A stretch of 64,000 nucleotides of DNA from an uncultured Acidobacteriaceae bacterium (GTDB taxonomy: Bacteria > Acidobacteriota > Terriglobia > Terriglobales > Acidobacteriaceae): contig CAWIVA010000034.1 in the NCBI GenBank assembly GCA_963839225.1, forward strand, positions 5,485-69,484, in the 5' to 3' direction. The position numbers were made by a program, and so were the translations under genes. Shown piece after piece: positions 61,342 through 64,000 of the stretch. The notes under the pieces were generated by a model. The model had not been told where the DNA came from and made no database searches. It saw only the letters and a list, made by a program, of their open reading frames with translations. Every line of letters starts with the position of its first letter. Within the stretch, counting starts at the first letter, position 1.

Positions 61342-61368
61342 GGGGGACAAAAGTCGGCTCTGTGTGGC

Positions 61369-62070
61369 TCATGCAAGGCCGCGCATTTGAAGTCTCTTCA
61401 AGCGTTCGCGGTATTGCCGTTGGTTGGATGCTTTACGCTCACGATATTTGGGAGACTTCTCGTAGAACGCTTTCCGACATTCCGGGCTGCAAAACCTATC
61501 TATCTCCCGTTCAGACATCCGCCAGCGTTCTCCGCACATCTCGCACAACCGCACTTTGTACAATTCGCGGTTCGCGGCCAACCGCGCCAAAGCTACAATG
61601 ACGACAGGTTCGCTCACCTGAACGCGGCGCGGCAGGAACGCGAATCCCTGGCCATGTACCGCCACCTGCCGACCGCGCGGGTGTCTGGGGACCATATCTA
61701 AGGCCCAGATGCCGGAGGCGAAGCTGTAGGTCATCTCAGGATGAAAACTGTACCCCCTCATCAAGCCGTCGAGCTTGTCATGCCGGGTCTTAAGCTCCGC
61801 TATGTCCCTCTCCCAGTCCTTCGCCTTCACTACAGGGCCGCGATGCGCCCGTGAAGAGCGGTCTATTCCTGCCCGCAATTCCTCTAACTCTTTGCGCACG
61901 TCCAGTACGCGCCGGTAGGCCGCAGTCCCCTTTGCCGCATTCAACCATTCGACCGCTAGAACCGCGTCGCTGAAGGATTGCGAACGAATCCGCTGCTTCA
62001 ACTCTGTCTGAGTCTTTGGTTGCGGCGCTGTTGCATCAACAAATCTGACTTTCCGTTTTGTCGTTACCAC
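61369..62070 (-). CDS. hypothetical protein with C-terminal CGNR-like zinc finger and basic tail
   Basis: VRLCEMC...RFCSPEC followed by a basic helix; SD GGAGG before GTG 62070. Confidence 0.7.
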   Translation of the reverse strand: MVTTKRKVRFVDATAPQPKTQTELKQRIRSQSFSDAVLAVEWLNAAKGTAAYRRVLDVRKELEELRAGIDRSSRAHRGPVVKAKDWERDIAELKTRHDKLDGLMRGYSFHPEMTYSFASGIWALDMVPRHPRGRQVAVHGQGFAFLPRRVQVSEPVVIVALARLAANRELYKVRLCEMCGERWRMSEREIDRFCSPECRKAFYEKSPKYRERKASNQRQYRERLKRLQMRGLA

Positions 62071-62174
62071 GATACTAGTGCCTCCAATGTGGTCATCATA
62101 CCTCTGGATTTTAGTGCACTTTGTGGTCAGAATCAAGACATTCTTCGGGCTTCTCGGGAAAGGAAAGGATTTTG

Positions 62175-62426
62175 ATGAACGCTCAAATCACATCAGCGCC
62201 AGATAGCGCACCCCTTTTAAGCGACTACGTTGACAAGTTTCAACTGGCCGCAGAGTTAAAGAGAACGCCGCGCACAGTGGACAGGATGGTGCTGCGCAAT
62301 GGCTTGCCCCACGTTCAGATCGGCAATAGGCGCCTGTTTCGCAGAGCTAGTGTGCTGGCGTGGCTTACCCAACGGGAAACCCCTGTCCCCGCGCAACACA
62401 AGCGCAACGGGCGCGCGGCGCGATGA
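62175..62426 (+). CDS. excisionase/AlpA-like helix-turn-helix protein
   Basis: QLAAELKRTPRTVDRM...LPHVQIGNRRLFRRASVLAWL; SD-like AAGGA. Confidence 0.8.
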   Translation: MNAQITSAPDSAPLLSDYVDKFQLAAELKRTPRTVDRMVLRNGLPHVQIGNRRLFRRASVLAWLTQRETPVPAQHKRNGRAAR

Positions 62427-64000
62427 ACCCAAACGCGCCACAGCCGGACCTGGCCCGCGTGCCTGAATGGTCCCGCACTGGTGGGGCCTTCCCTACTGGT
62501 CAACGGGGAGCGGAGACACCCGCGCCTTCGCGTCCGCCTGCCACATCGCCGACCCGCACGCAAGCCCGACGCCCCGCGCCTCAAGCGAAACCTGCGCCGG
62601 TCGATCCGTTGCCCGCGAACACGGACGCCGAGAAAACGATTTTGGGAGCGGTCTTACTCGACAATGAGGCTCACGCCGAGGCCGCCGCTATCCTCAAGCC
62701 TGACGATTTCTCGCTCGACTCACACCGCCGCATTTATCTGAGAATGGGCGAATTGATCGCAGCGGGGCACGCCTGCGATATTGTCACCCTGACCGACGAA
62801 CTGGCGAAGCACAAGGAGATTGAGTCAATCGGCGGGCGGGCCTACTTGTTCGGGTTGACTGAGGGTTTGCCGCGTCGTCCGGTGATCGGCGAGTACGTCC
62901 GAATCGTGCGAGAGAAGGCGCGGGCGCGCAGATTGCTCTCCTTGGCTGAAGTAACTACGGCGCGCATAGCGGCGGGCGATTCGCCGGACGAAATCACCGC
63001 GTGGGCGCTCTCACACCTTGAAGCACTCGGCACAGTCGGCGGGGCCGGACTGCGCTTACTTAAAGGCCCGGAGATTGTCGAGCGCGACGAGCCGATGATC
63101 CTCGAAGGCCACATACCGGATGACACCGGCGTCGGACTTATTGGCCGACCGGGAGATGGAAAAACCACGGTTGCACTACTCATCGCGGCCAATCTTTCTC
63201 GCGGCATCACGCCTTACAGCGGAGCACCCTGCAAGCCCCGCAACGTTCTGGATATGACCAATGAGGATTCGCCGTCACGTATCCGCAAGCTCTTTGCAGC
63301 GGCGGGCGGTGATGTGGCGCGGTTGTGGGTTGAGCACATCGATAGCCTCTGGTGCCTGTCCGATCTTCCCCGGCTAGAAGGGGTCATCAAGGCGCATTCT
63401 ATCGGCTGTGTGGTAATTGACTCTCTTGCCTCGCACAGCGCGGGCGTGGACCTCAATTCTCACGTCGAGACGACTCGCCTACTGATTCCCGTGCGTGCTC
63501 TGGCGGAGGCGCATCACGCTGTGATTTTGGTTATCCATCACCTCAACAAAGGCATTTCTCAGGATCATCTGGCGAAGGTGGCCGGGTCTATTGGCATCTC
63601 CGCATCGCTTCGCCACAGCCTGCACGTGGTCCCTGATCCCGAGAATAGCGATCTGCGTCTGCTGGTGAACGGGAAAAGTAATCTTTGTGCTCCGGGCCTT
63701 CCCGCTCTGCGCTTCAAGGTGTTCCCTGTGGGATGGGAGGGCGAAAGCTCCGTCACCATCGACGAGGTTTACCAGACACTAGACGCTGCCAGCACCGCAC
63801 AGCCTGCCGTGGAGCACGCGGCGCAATGGCTACAAGCTCTCCTGGCAGCGGGTTGCCGCGAAGCGAAAGAAATAGAACAGCTCGCAAAGACAGAGGGTAT
63901 CAAGCCCGCAACATTGCGGCGTGCGAAGGGCCAACTTTGTGTGCAATCACGACGTGCCGAGTTCGGCGGTCAATGGTTCTGGTGGTTGCCCGCAACCGAA
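62423..64000 (+). CDS. DnaB N-terminal domain fused to an AAA_25/RepA-like SF4 helicase with wHTH-like tail, open to the window end
   Basis: Translated by hand: LPANTDAEKTILGAVLLDN...DDFSLDSHRRIY...DIVTL...IGGRAYL; GRPGDGKT (Walker A), VVIDS (Walker B) and IHHLNK; ATGA overlap with the HTH gene. Confidence 0.85.
   Translation, partial: MNPNAPQPDLARVPEWSRTGGAFPTGQRGAETPAPSRPPATSPTRTQARRPAPQAKPAPVDPLPANTDAEKTILGAVLLDNEAHAEAAAILKPDDFSLDSHRRIYLRMGELIAAGHACDIVTLTDELAKHKEIESIGGRAYLFGLTEGLPRRPVIGEYVRIVREKARARRLLSLAEVTTARIAAGDSPDEITAWALSHLEALGTVGGAGLRLLKGPEIVERDEPMILEGHIPDDTGVGLIGRPGDGKTTVALLIAANLSRGITPYSGAPCKPRNVLDMTNEDSPSRIRKLFAAAGGDVARLWVEHIDSLWCLSDLPRLEGVIKAHSIGCVVIDSLASHSAGVDLNSHVETTRLLIPVRALAEAHHAVILVIHHLNKGISQDHLAKVAGSIGISASLRHSLHVVPDPENSDLRLLVNGKSNLCAPGLPALRFKVFPVGWEGESSVTIDEVYQTLDAASTAQPAVEHAAQWLQALLAAGCREAKEIEQLAKTEGIKPATLRRAKGQLCVQSRRAEFGGQWFWWLPATE

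Larger units (their letters stand above)
61250..64000. mobile_element. left end of an integrated element (phage-satellite/PICI-like) at tRNA-Arg
   Basis: AT-rich junction, IHF-like site, tandem 11-bp repeat, excisionase-like gene and SF4/AAA_25 helicase; no integrase within the window. Confidence 0.75.

Overview
A 64-kb GC-rich bacterial chromosomal window. Gene content, codon style and REP-like palindromes suggest Acidobacteriota (inference). From left to right it holds: an alpha-glucan/trehalose cluster (treZ, an MscS-type TM protein, a degenerate glucosylglycerate-synthase-like GT, treS-maltokinase, glgE, a Tat-exported GH-A glycosidase, a debranching enzyme, a GT4); tRNA-Leu(TAA); a lytic transglycosylase divergent from ECF sigma/zinc anti-sigma/DUF1800/DUF1501; an S10 peptidase; two cyclophilins; recQ; a serine hydrolase; a GH-D-like protein; UPF0182; a URO-D-family gene with rfbBAC; gltBD; tRNA-Gln(CTG); a CzcCBA-type pump; ybbPA/tesA; truB; folE; two PTPS paralogues; a GT2; TlpA; and tRNA-Arg(ACG). 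After tRNA-Arg the left end of an integrated satellite/PICI-like element runs off the window. Many genes at about 15.5-23 kb and 49-61 kb, including housekeeping genes, are split by 1-nt indels that are most likely read or assembly errors, so their coordinates are approximate. Best leads: (1) the tRNA-Arg element, with a DnaB-N-terminal-domain/AAA_25 helicase fusion missed by the ORF track and a zinc-finger gene in the repressor position; (2) heptamer-armed inverted-repeat elements, with one array in-frame inside recQ; (3) a multi-stem leader RNA upstream of gltB; (4) tandem CX5HGH PTPS genes with folE; (5) an ECF promoter linking the sigma/anti-sigma pair to DUF1800/DUF1501; (6) several apparently leaderless genes. 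No database searches or folding computations were run; family calls come from recognised motifs.
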